Shown here: in pieces, positions 35,866 through 47,977 of the stretch
Position numbering within the stretch: the first letter of the stretch is position 1
Layout: each line of letters begins with the position of its first letter
NCBI RefSeq assembly: GCF_001447785.1
Contig: NW_015169175.1
Coordinates: 845,838 to 909,837, forward strand
Source of the DNA: Gekko japonicus
Lineage: Eukaryota
Reading direction: 5' to 3'
DNA: 64,000 bases
Program-made: the position numbers and the translations under genes
Notes under the pieces: generated by a model
Databases searched by the model: none
What the model was told of the DNA's origin: nothing
What the model saw: only the letters and a program-made list of their open reading frames with translations

Positions 35866-38800
35866 CTTCAGACACCATGGGTTGGATCCCATGTAAAATT
35901 TCCACTTGGACTAGAGCTCTTACACAAGCAGAAATGCAAGAAATAGACTGCTGTAGCTGCTTGCACCAAATCCTACTTGCTATATCCCTATCTGCATTTT
36001 TACATGCTCAAGACTTTGTGCAACCAATTCCTGAGCACTGTAACATCTATGGAGGAAATTTATTGGTGTTGCACAAGATCTTGTGCAAGCAGAGTTGTGT
36101 TCAGCCTGTTCATGTTTCCACTTGCTTGCACATTGCTGGATCCAAGCCCATGCTTGTAAACGAACAGCCCAAAGGCACCTAATAGGTAGATGTCTCATTC
36201 TCAAATCGATGGGGGCCATCAAGAAATGGACCTCTCCACCAGCAATCGACATCTTCTATGTCAATACGTGTGGTTTCTTAAAGAATTCAATTTGGGTCAG
36301 TGTTCCCTCTGGCTCCCCTACTGCATTGCTCCAGTTGACTCATTGCCAGGAGCCTTCTTTACTAGGTGTATACCCTCCATCAATCACGTATCTCTCTGAA
36401 GATCACTGTAATTTGTTGGTTAATTTTTTACGGTTGGGTGTAAATTATATTTTGGCATGTGTTTATGGTATAATCTTGAGGACTGCTTGTAGCGTTGGAA
36501 AAACCAGTATAAATACAGTGTAAAATAAAATGATCCTTACCTTGGTCCAGCACCCTCCTAGTGGTAGATCCAGAGAGGGTAGAACTCAATTTGCTCTTTC
36601 CATTCATGTGGCTTTAGTTTACACCAGGAGTCCCCAACGTGCTGCCTGTGGGCACCATGGCACCCACCAGCACCTTTTCTGGTACCCGCCAAGTGTTCTT
36701 AGGAAGTGGATGGGGCCGTTTAGGGGTTGTTGCCCAGCAAGGCTTCTGACTGACTATTGGAGATTTGATTGACTGTGCAGATTTGTTAAAATGTTGCTTT
36801 GGCAGGAACTATCAGCATAGCACAAGGATCTACATAGTGTTTCTGAAGTTAAGCTGTGGCAGCCGTTTTGTGGCTGACTCCACCTCCTGTGGCAGCCATT
36901 TTGTGGCAGCCATCTTGTTGTTCACCCACCATGCTGTGTCAGAATTCCAAATGGGTCCGCAGGCTCAAAGAATTTGGGGACCCTAGGTAACATGGTAAAA
37001 CTACTCTGGAACTGCATTTTTTGAGATTGCAAATAGAGAATTGTATGTTCTAAATGCCCTCCCTTATAAAATGCTCCCTACTCATAAGAACTATCTATAG
37101 GCAGATATGACAGTTGCTGAGTCCCACCTGTGAGGGGACATTATTTAAAACAGTCACATGGAGATTGAAGCCTCCGGCTGAATTAAAAATAATCTGATCA
37201 CTCTAGATCTGATTAAACATTTTGATGCCACCTTTCCACCCAGTTTAAGGTCCAAAACACTAAAACAACTTAAATGTGTACATAGAAAACAATAAAAACA
37301 ATTCAACAAAACACAAACAGGTAAACATAAACACAAAAACAAGAAGGAATGTCAGTGAGGGTCATGGAGGGATACCAAACAAAACAGAAATGTCTTCACC
37401 GACTGGCAGAAGACAGTGATAGACAAATGACTTTCCCTGGGGAGGGAATTCCATAATTTTAGGGCCATGGACTGAGAAGGTCCATTCTGAGCTCTGTCAG
37501 AAACTGCTCTTTCAAGGACAGCTCTGACAGAACTATGGCTTGCCCAAGGTCATCCAGCAGCTGCAAGTGGAGGAGTGGGGAATCAAACCTGGTTCTCACA
37601 GATTAGAGTACAGGAGGTTGAATTCCCAAGCTTCTTATCAAAAAAGGGGGATAACAGATTTTACGCAATTCCAAATCTCAGAGATTCGCGTGTTACAGGG
37701 TGCAGCCAGCTACAGTAGCTACTATTACATAGGCCAACCCATGACTTTACTAAACCTTATAATTTGTGCCCTCTAAAGGTATGATATGATGCTTCTCTGA
37801 GCATACAAGGATACTTTCTCAATGAATATTTGTGGCAAACCCTGTTCTGTTCATCCTGGGGTTGTTCTGGACATGAAGTCATCTATTCATTATACGTTAG
37901 TTTTTAACAATACATAATAGATCTGGTTTTTGCCAGTGTACAAGTTGTCTCTTTCAAGGCTAAAACTCTGAATTGCTGGAACAGTGAGGAAAAAAACAAA
38001 TGCTTTCTGTGTTACACAGAAACTAAAACAGATCCTCAGGCCTACCTATGCTTAATATTCTAAAGAAGATATCCTACTGAAGTCCACAATATATGGGCTT
38101 ATATATGGAGGACCATTAAACGATGCAACCCACACCTGTTACCTGGAGCAGTCCAGTCCAGGAATATTTATACCTTCCACTGATGCTGCAGAACAGGTTG
38201 CAGCCTGCTCAGCTCAAAATGGTTAGCATGGTAAATATTGGGGAGGGGCTGTGGATCAGTGGTCGAGCATCTGCTGAGCTTGCAGGTTCAATCCCCAGCA
38301 TCTACAGTTAAAAGGGTCAGGGGATGTAAAAGACCTCTGCTGGAGCCCCCAGACAGCCACTGCCTGTCTCAATGGACAGTCCTGACCTTGATGGCCCAAT
38401 GATGTGATTCAGCGTACAGCTTTTAATGCAGGGTTACGAGATGTCATCTTTTTAGAAGACATGTCCTCTTTTGGGCTTTTTTTTTAAAAAAAGGATGAAA
38501 ATGTCCTCTTTTGGGGTTGGAAGGTTAGGAATACTTCTAGATAGCAGCTTAAATAGTAGGGGTATTTAAAATGAGATTTGTCATAGTGATCACTTGTCTG
38601 AAGTGGTCAGTTGGGAAATATGTCTCTTTTTTGCTTTTCAAAATATGGTAACCCTATTTTAATGTGGTACCTAAGAAAAACCCCTGGACACACCACTGTT
38701 GCAAGAGGCACCTTTCAAGACAGCAATCAGGAAATCATCCTTATCCAGAGAGATGGTAATTCAGAAACGGCAAGGTACAGTTGGCAACAGATTCCTTTTG

Positions 38801-41800
38801 CATGGCATTTCACTACTGAAACGGGTGGAAGTGCTTTCAGCAAGTGCAAGCGCAAGAGCCTGGTGGATCTTTCTGATCCTAAAGTCTATTTTTGTTTATT
38901 TATTAAAAGATTTATATCCTGCCTTTCCTTGTGGTTCAAGGCAGATGACAATAATGGTTTGAAAACTTTTTTTCAATCAGGAACCAAAAATAAAACAACA
39001 AATCCCAAATCCCCCCTCCAAGAAAGTACCTACAATTCAAATCCCTTAACAGCCCTGAACATAGGTGGGTCTTACAGTGCCTCCTGAAGATCTCCAAGGA
39101 AGACCCCCCCCCAACTCCTCAGGGAGCCCATTCCACAAAGCTGGCGCCGTGGTGGAAAAGAACCAGGCTCCGGTCAGTGCCCAGCGGCCACCCTAACTGG
39201 TGGGAGAGCCCACAGATGGCTGCCTGACAACCATAGTTGGCACACAGAGATGTATGGAAGGAAATGGTCCTTCAAATATGTATGTAGACAAGTTTGCAGG
39301 GGAATGCTTTTTGTCTATTATGTTCTGAAACATCTGATTCCAAGACAGGGCATTTCCTTATGTATTTGATGTTATTTGTATCAATTTCTAATAAAATAAT
39401 AATTTAAAGAAGATTCTTATACCCCCTTAAGAACTGGTGAACTGATCGTGGCATAAGTTTTTGTGCATTAGAGACAGGCTTGCCAGGTCCTCCCTGACCA
39501 CTGACAGGGGATGGGGGGGTAGGGTTGCCAGATCCAGGTCAGGAAACTCCTGGAGATTTGGGGATGGAGCCTGGGGAGGACAGGGACCTCAGTGGGGAAC
39601 AATGCCATACAGTCCACCTTCCACCACACCAAGGCCCACGGAACACTGTTACCTTCCCACTGAAGTGGTACCTATTTATCTACTTGCAATTTCTTGCTTT
39701 CGAACTGCTAGGTTGGCAGGAGCTGGAACTAGAGACGGGAGCTCATTCCGCCATGCAGCACACTCAGGTCTTTTACTGCTGAACTACCGACCTTCCACAG
39801 CCTGCAGTTTAGCGTCTTAACCACTTGAGCCACCGCAGCTCCTTTGCCTTAACATAGTACCCTTCTGGAAATTGCCTATGAGGGCTGATTGTCACTACCC
39901 CTCTGGAACAGCAGGCATTAGCAAGATGAACAGGTTGCCCGCTGCCAGCCCAGCCTTAATTTGCATTAGTTACTGCCCCCCTCCCAGTGTCACTACCAAG
40001 ATGTGACGGAGCTGTAAAGATGGTGCAGGGAGAGTATTTGGCAGTAGAAGTTGTCTGTGGACAAAGCTTGGGAGAACTTGTAAAAACGTCATCAGATTCA
40101 CAGCTGCCTGCAGCTGGCCTCTTCCTTGCAAACAGCCTCCTCCTTTCTCCTGCAGCTGTTGCTGGAAGTGAGTCACATCAACAGCTGGGGAGTTATGGCA
40201 GAGCAACGGCAGAGAAAGGCTTCGCCCTGCCAGTGCATTTTGGCTGGAAACAGCAGCCGCGGCAGCAACACACACAAAAGCCCAGGGTCTTAAGTTTCAT
40301 CAGCTACACTGCAGCCTTCTTAGAATGAGAAGAGTGTTTACAAAATTTGGTCCCTGTATTAAAAATTAGCGAGGCCTGTCACTCTTGCACTTCCAAAGGT
40401 TTGTTTTCTAGGGGATGAATTAGTTTGCATGCAGACAAGGCTTTCTGTGTGAGTCACTGTTCTAAAGCCTGGCCCAGGGGCATGATAGAATCCTCAGGAG
40501 GAAGGCTGTAGGGGTGGGAAAGATGTCCAGCTTGTTCTCCCCCCTCCCACAGTTTCTCAGGGGGGGGCCCAGCTTGTCTTCATTAAAATGCACATAGGCA
40601 TCCCTCCTTGCATTAATATGGAAATACCTAGTCTGGAAGGATAAGACAGTCTGTTTGTGGTGGTGTACAGGGTGTCAAGTCTCAGCTGACTTAGTGCCCC
40701 CCCCCATAGGACTTTCAAGGCAACACCTCTATACAGCACCTCTGGACTTCCTTGGTGGTCTCCAGTCCAAGTACTACCCAGGGCTGACCCTGCTTAGCTA
40801 CTGAGATCTGAGGAGATCAGGCTAACCTGGGCCATTCAGGTTACCCAGGCTGTGTTACTGTGCCTGGTTCCTCGTGATTGGAGCACTGTGCATGTATGGA
40901 TGGGCCTGTTGATCAGCTCCAGCAGGCTGCACTGGGTTTCTCGGGGAGCAAGCCTAAGCAGGTCTACTCAGAAGGAAGACCCATTCTCCTAGGACTGCAA
41001 CCTTAGTCACTCAGCACAGTGCAGAATTACACCTGGATTTCCGCACACGGGCGCAGTAAATCTGCTCTCTTCATCCTGCTGGGAAATAACTTGTTCCTCT
41101 CACATGGAGATTCTCCTGGCAACATGTGGAAGAACAGTACTGAATCACAGTGTTTCCAATACAATACTGTGGTGTGCGCGCGCATAATGATAGAATTTAC
41201 AATGTGAAAAACATTCAGAAGTAGGAAATTAACACGTCAATCCAATGTGGAGTTACTCAAACTGAAATCAGTGGGTTTAGAATGGAGTAACTATGCATAG
41301 GATTGGACTGTAAAAAGAAGACCCTCCTACATTGTTTAACTTGTGCAATAAAAACCAGTTCCCAACCCACCCAGATAGGTCTTAAAGAGGATTTTTGAAA
41401 GAGGGTTCTCAGTTTTGGCACTTCTCCAGAGGTAGAGATAGTTACATCCATTTTTCTCTGTGTCTGAATTCTCACAACGTCAAGATGGCACAGTTGAGAG
41501 GATGCTCTCAGTTTATACAATGGGTTGGTTCCAGTGACTTCCTGTCACCACATTGGATCCAAGGACTCCCATCCACTGAGTTCTTCCAATAGATGAAACC
41601 TATTTGTTGGAGGAAGACTTAATGGACGGGTGTAATTGTTTCCAGCTGTAAGTGATCATGCAGGGAAGAGTGTGATCTTTAACATACAAGCTCACCCTGA
41701 GATGTGACAGATCAAATCCAGAACCTTGACATATCATCTGGAGATCTTGCACGCTTAGCCTGATCTGCCAGTAAACCCTCACTTCCTCCTTTGAACACTG

Positions 41801-42815
41801 TGTTGGCCCAACAGCAGCTGTGCCATTTGTACAAATTCTGCTGAATAATGTTGAACTGCAACAATTGGCTTGGCTGTTAGTACCCTGGACATGAACACTA
41901 CAGGTGACTCCAGTTCTGATTCAAATGCTGATCACCTACTGGCTACTATGGGTGTTTTCATACATGCTGTTAGGCAGGCATATGTAAGTCTCTTGTGCTT
42001 TTCAAACCACACATGAAAGTAATCAGCGCAAGAACAGAATTTGGAAGCAATATCCACTGTACAGCTCAGCTGATGCAGACTCTGTGTTTGCAGTAGGAAC
42101 TGATTTAAAATTAAGCCAAGTTTCTATCTGAAATGACCAGTCCAATTCACTGTGTCCAATCAGCTTACTCGCAGGTAAATATGCATGGGATCACAGCATT
42201 ACTAATTTCTAAGAGTGGTGATATCAGAGAAGAACTTCAGGGTGAAAAGCCCCATCTCAGTGGTATCAGAACAATGTATGTTTACTTTATTCAACCCAGC
42301 TGAACTTAGAGGGACTTGCTTCTGCAGAAATGTCCATAGAATTGGGCTGTAAGACTTTGCTTGCGTGTGTGTATAAAACTGGGAAGAAAGGAAAACAAAC
42401 AAACATCCGCAAGAGAATCTTACCTAAATTTGGCAGGATGCAAATCCTAAAAGCTGAAGAAATATCAGGAAAGGAGGTGGCTTTGCAAGAGCACAGGCAT
42501 GCCAGACTGTGCCAAAAGTTTATTAGATTATGACTCAGCAGTCGCTGATCAGCTCCAGCTTCTTAACAGCTCCTACCAGCTCTGATTAACTCACGCCCAA
42601 AAGCTTCCTAGAGAAAGCAACATTACTCTTGCCTCTCACCTTATCGGCGACTGTCATCGCAGAGCTTTCTTGCTCCAGTCTCCCACTCGCTGGTGTCTAC
42701 AGGCAATCCTTCTGTGACCGAACAGACTTCTTTAAGGGCAGCTTTGCTACGGCCAGGGAACAGCTGCTTGGCAGATACCAGAGCAAGGTACTTTAATGTA
42801 CAAAAGAGCATGTAC

Positions 42816-43165
42816 TGTTAAGTCGGTTACTTAACAAAGAGTCAGAGAGTAATTTCAGCAAAAGTTCAGCTTTATTCAGCAACTCGTAACTCAACTCCAA
42901 ACAGATCAACATGAATAGCCAGAACAGCTTTAGCATTGAAGCTGTTCTTCTTTTAAACTCTCCCGGCTAATATAGCCACGCCCTATTTTACAATATCAAC
43001 CTATGAGGTTGCATGGATAAGGTCCAATCACAATTGTTCCCTCTCATGGAACTGGATGTTGGCTCTTCCTGGGCTACCAATAGTCATTGAGGGATTTGGA
43101 TCCTAGCCCAGGACGAAGCTTCACTTAGTGATTCAATCAGGGAGTTCACATACATACATTTGACA
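42816..43165 (-). mobile_element. Putative solo LTR
   Basis: TGTTAA...TTGACA termini; minus-strand TATA-like TTTAAAAG followed by AATAAA; no matching TSD seen. Confidence 0.4.
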
Positions 43166-43263
43166 GATTGAATACACCATTATACAGATTGAATACAGAT
43201 TGAAGTTCTGTGCTGAAACTCCATTGGAAAGCAAAAAACTTTTAACCCACTCTTTGGCTGCAG

Positions 43264-44727
43264 TATATATATATAAATATCTTTTTATTGGTTTTGTTAA
43301 AAGGTTTACATAATACAAAAATTTATTGATTCAAGGTTTCTACATATAGCAGTTAAGATAATTACTTACAGTTTAATGACATACAGCCACCATACAGCAC
43401 TGGTGAGTTACTGTGAGTTTGATATTTTATCTGAAGTAATCTATAAATATAACCATTTATGATAAATCTGGTTAGCAGGGAGTATATAATTCGTTACCAT
43501 ATAGTCCAGCACTGGGGCCCATATCCTACCAAATTTGATGTAAGTTGGTGTATTACTATTATTCGCTCTATTCAAGGAGTCCGTAATTCTTGCCATTATA
43601 AACTGATCCCAGACCTTCTCTTGTCAAGCCGAAATTGTGGGTGGAGAAGGTGATTTCCATGTGGCTGCTATTGTCAACCTTGCTGCAGCAAGTAATGTTG
43701 AAACAAGTTCTTTGCTGCTCTCTGTCATCGTTTCATTCCACAAATTTAGCAGGGCCACCTCCGGATTGCATGGCGATGTCTGCCTAGTGATCCCATTTAT
43801 CTGTGATATCACAGCCTTCCAAAAGTTTTGTATTTCTTGGCAGCTCCACCAGCAGTGAAGGTACGACCCTATCTGGCCGCACTGTTTCCAACAGGTAGTG
43901 CTTATTGATGGTTTAATTTTATGTAGCTGTTGCGGAGTAAGGTACCATCTAGATGTTATTTTTAAGAATTGAAGACGAATGTTATATATTGAGGATTTGT
44001 TCGCCGGAGAAGCCCAAATGTCTGCCCAGTCTGATTCTTGAAAAGTAAGATTAAGTTCTTCTTCCCATCTATATTGATAGGCTAGTTTGTTTGTGTTATC
44101 TTCTTTTATTAAAATTTTATACATCTTAGAAAGCACCCATTTTGGTGCTCTTGGGAAGGCCAGAATTACTTTTTCCAAGTCTGTTATTTCCCTTTCAAAT
44201 AGCCCTGATTCAGCCAGCTGCTCAATTAAATTTCTTAACTGTAGGTATTAATACCAGGGGGCCTGTTCACCCAATTTCTGGTTAAAAAATATTTTCTTCT
44301 GCATTTTGTCTTTTAGCACCAGGTCATAGATCCGCCCCAAATCCGCCATCCTCCATTTTTCGAAAGCGTTAGGTATCATGCCCTGAGGAAACCAGTCTTG
44401 TTTTGTGTAAGTAGATAGTACTGAGATACCTGGAGAGATAAGTCTTTTCCTTTGGTCCCAGATCTTAAGCGATGTCACTAGGAAAAAATTATGTTCAATT
44501 GTTTTCGGTCTGCGAGTCGGTGGTATCCAAAATATTTCTTGTAGATTGTATGGTTTGACATATTTATTTTCTATCTGCATCCAAGGATTGTTATGGTCTA
44601 TATGTAACATTTGAGTTATATGAGACAAATAGATGCCTGGTAGTAAGAGGATATGTGTGGAAAGTCCAATCCCCCAAGGCTTGAAGGTCTGTGTAGCACG
44701 TTCCGGTTCAGTCTTGATTTCTTGCAA
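43264..44727 (-). mobile_element. L1-clade LINE 3' fragment
   Basis: LHRPSSLGGLDFP; RWYLTPQQL...CWKQCGQIGSYLHCWWSC (ORF2 C-terminal Cys/His domain); AATAAA and (TA)n end. Confidence 0.88.
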
Positions 44728-46080
44728 GGGATTAGACTGGGGTCCTTTTGTAGGTAAAGCAGATTTATTTAAAATATTTTATGCTGCTTTTCTCCTGCAA
44801 AGCAGGCTTCAAAACAGCTTACAAATATAAAAACAAGCAACAATCTAATATCACAGACAAGAACAGCCCTTCTACCAGTGCAAGCATATCTTCCAGCCAG
44901 ATATTTCAAATCAGGAAAATTCTACTATTCATGGCCTGTCCATAGGTGGCCTAGAGAACTTGGCCTTCCACAATTCCCTAAGCAACTGAAGGGCAGAGTT
45001 TTGTGTGTTGACACAGGCAGGCAGGCAGGCAGGCACAGTACCGTGCAGTAGCTTCTTTTCAGTCTTGAGCAACTGGGCAGGAGTCAGCCACTGGAAACGT
45101 GTGGCACTTGGTGGGATTTTGACCCTGACACATTGAGCCATGACTTCCTTGTGCCCTTAGGAAGCCAGGTCCTGTTGAGTGTTGAGTGATTGGGTGGCTG
45201 AAGAAGATGGTAGTGCTAAGGAGGCCAACAGGGAAGCCTCTAGGTGTTTGTAACTGTCAGTTCTGACAAGATGCTGCCACCATAGCCTGGAGACCTCTGA
45301 ATGTGTCTAGATTAGTTCATAGGCAGCTTTGTCAAGTGGATTTTACTTCCAGGTAAGTCTGTTCAGGTTTGCAGCCTTAGTAATACATGATGCCGGAGGA
45401 TCCAGATAATTAGTAGACTCCAAATGTTCTCTTCCTGTGAGGAAATCAGGCATAATAACAGTGTTCTAGCAAAGTCAGCTGAGTCAAGTCACTTCCCCAA
45501 CACCTTTTGGTACTGCTGAGTCTGAACTCAGGAATGACAAAGATGTGAGTTGCACAAAACTTTATGAGCAAACTGATTCATAAAAGGGCTGTCCACAGAT
45601 CTGTCTTCCTCTCCACCAGGCATTGGCTGCCAGCCGCATGAGCCATTGCTGAGGTAACAATAATCATCCTATACCTTCTGTACTTCCAAGGAAGGTTCAT
45701 GGGATTGCTGGATGGCTGGTTTTCTTCACGGCTGAGTAGGCTAAAAGATGATATCAGGCTCTATAATTAGCAGCCAGTCCATAATTAGAAGCCTGCATCT
45801 CACCTTTCCCTGCCAATCTGTGGCTTGGTACATTGGCTTTATTTATTACTGATTTGGCTTTTAAATCCTGCCCTTTCTGCAAGGAGGTAGCGTACATGGT
45901 TTTAAAATGTGTGCACAGACACTCCCATTTTATTCTCACAACAGCTTTGCCAAGTAGCTTCGTCTGAGAGACAGGGACTAGCCCAATGTCACCTTAGGGA
46001 GGCTCATGGCTGAGAAGGGATTTAAACTCAGAACTCCCCGAGTAGCCTAATATGACACTAGGGTTACCAGCTCTGGGTTG

Positions 46081-46850
46081 GGAGCGGTGGCGCAGGCGGT
46101 TAAACGCCTGCTGGTAACATCTGGTAACATCTGGTAACATCTACGAACAGCTGCTACAGCGGTTCGAAACCCACCGCGGCCAGGGTGAGCTCCTGGCCCT
46201 AGTCCCAGCTCCCGCCCACCCAGCGGTTCGAAAGCAAGTAAATATTGCTAGTAGATTAACGGGTACCTGCCCTTAGGAGGCAGGGGGCACCCTCCCCCAT
46301 ATGGGGGTGTGCGGCAGGAGCATTAAAGCGGTGGCGGCAAAAAATGGCAGCGACGGTGGAATGGCGAGGCATCGGATCGACGGAGCGAGGCAGCGGAGTG
46401 ACGGAGGCAGAGACGGAGGCGGAGCCATAGGAGGACGTGGTGACGTGTGCAGGCGCAGCGGAGCCGGATCGGACGTTAGCTGGGCTGTAAGTCGACATGT
46501 ACCACGCACTAGAGGAGCCCGCCTGGAAAGAAAGCCACCGGACCGAAAAGACCTCGCCAGACACTGGAGACGCCAGGAACATCAGAACACCGATGCCTGA
46601 AAAAGACCCCCCGGGAACAAGCCGAGAACAGCAAGCCCTGCCACCAGATCTCAGAAGCGAAGCAGGGCCGACCCTGGCAAGTACTTGGAAGGGCGGCCTC
46701 CAAGGAATACTGGGGCGAGGACACAGAGGCAAATTATTAAACCACCTCTCTGAAACATCCTAGCCCCACTAGGGGTTGCCAGAAGTCGCCATGACTCCCA
46801 GGCTTGCAAACAAACACACACACACACAAATACAAAACATTAAAAAAGAA
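46081..46850 (+). mobile_element. Composite SINE-like element: tRNA/Sauria head, GC-rich unique middle, 5S-SINE 3' module
   Basis: A box TGGCGCAGGCGG, B box GGTTCGAAAC (46161-46170); Sauria homology to ~46267; 5S-like GAAGCGAAGCAGGGCCGACCCTGGCAAGTACTTGG from ~46635; (CA)n/A-rich tail like the 47741 copy. Confidence 0.72.
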
Positions 46851-47740
46851 AGTGGATTGAAAGGGCATTATTTAGTGTGTGTGAAAAAGCCCCCATAAGA
46901 GCCTACCTTCCAAAGCAGCCACTTTCACCAGGGGAACTGATCTCGGTCAGCTGGAGATCAATTGTAATAGCGGGAGATCTCCAGGTTCCACCTGGAGGTT
47001 AGCAACCCTAGAACACTCTAACCACTATACTATATTGACTCTCCTTGTGGCTTATCCACAGAGTTGCTGGCAATACTTGCAATTCTAAAATGGCAGGCTC
47101 TTAAATCACTCGAAAGGAACCTGCATATTTCCCCAGTAATCATTTTTTCTCCCTGCCCTTTTTTCACACTTAACCATCTCAAATAATTCTGGAGAGGCTG
47201 AAAGCTCGTTATCTTGTGATCTTTTGACTGGTCCTAATAAAAAGGTATTGCAGTCCTGTCATCTTGGGATTCTTCCTGTGGATCAGAATGTCTACCTCCC
47301 ACTTTTATCTATAACACATTAGCAACTTGCTTTAACCCCTTAAAGCTACGTCTTGCGTTATCTTGACAGATGGATACACTGGAGATAAAGAAAAAGACCT
47401 TTTGTGTTTGGACAACAAAGAATCAACTTAGCCAATATCCAGTGGAGATCATGTGACTTACAAACAAAGAGGCATTTCTTCTTTTGGTTAAAGGTAGTCA
47501 TAGAGCGTGAGGCATTATCTTAACAGTCGGGGGGGGGGGGGGGGGACCAGCTGCAGCATGCCAAACTGCAAGACAGGGCATTACGTGTTGCTTTAGTGTT
47601 AATACACGTGCATTAAGGTGCATATCCACTAGACTGCAGAATGATGCACATGCCTACCCCAACTTAGAGATTTAGCTTCTGCAGCAGGGGTCAGCAACCT
47701 TTTAGATTTAAGGAGCCAAACTATGTCAAAATTCAAAGCA

Positions 47741-47977
47741 TGAGCCCTGACCTGGATAGCCCGGGCAAGCCCAATCTCGTCAGAACTCGGAAGCTAAGCG
47801 GGGTAGACTCTGACAAATACTTGGATGGGGGACCTCCTTGGAATACCAGAGGTGGGAGGCAGAGGCAAGCTTTACTCAGCCACCTCTCTAAATATTCTCC
47901 AGGCCCCCAGTAGGGGTCAGTCACCAGAGGTCACCATGACTTCCAGGCACACTCGTGTGCACACACACACATTAAAA
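47741..47977 (+). mobile_element. 5S-derived SINE, CA-tailed subfamily (also 63642-63870)
   Basis: GCCCAATCTCGTCAGAACTCGGAAGCTAAGC 5S core; 13-bp TSD AAAATTCAAAGCA at 47728-47740 and 47978-47990. Confidence 0.88.

Noticed and set aside
46111-46140. Short direct repeats as a CRISPR-like array (also 8160-8213)
   Set aside because: No spacers and a vertebrate context; simple slippage duplications
46256-46763. ORFs of 71-158 aa inside the composite element
   Set aside because: Explained by GC-rich, T-poor composition; no recognisable domain
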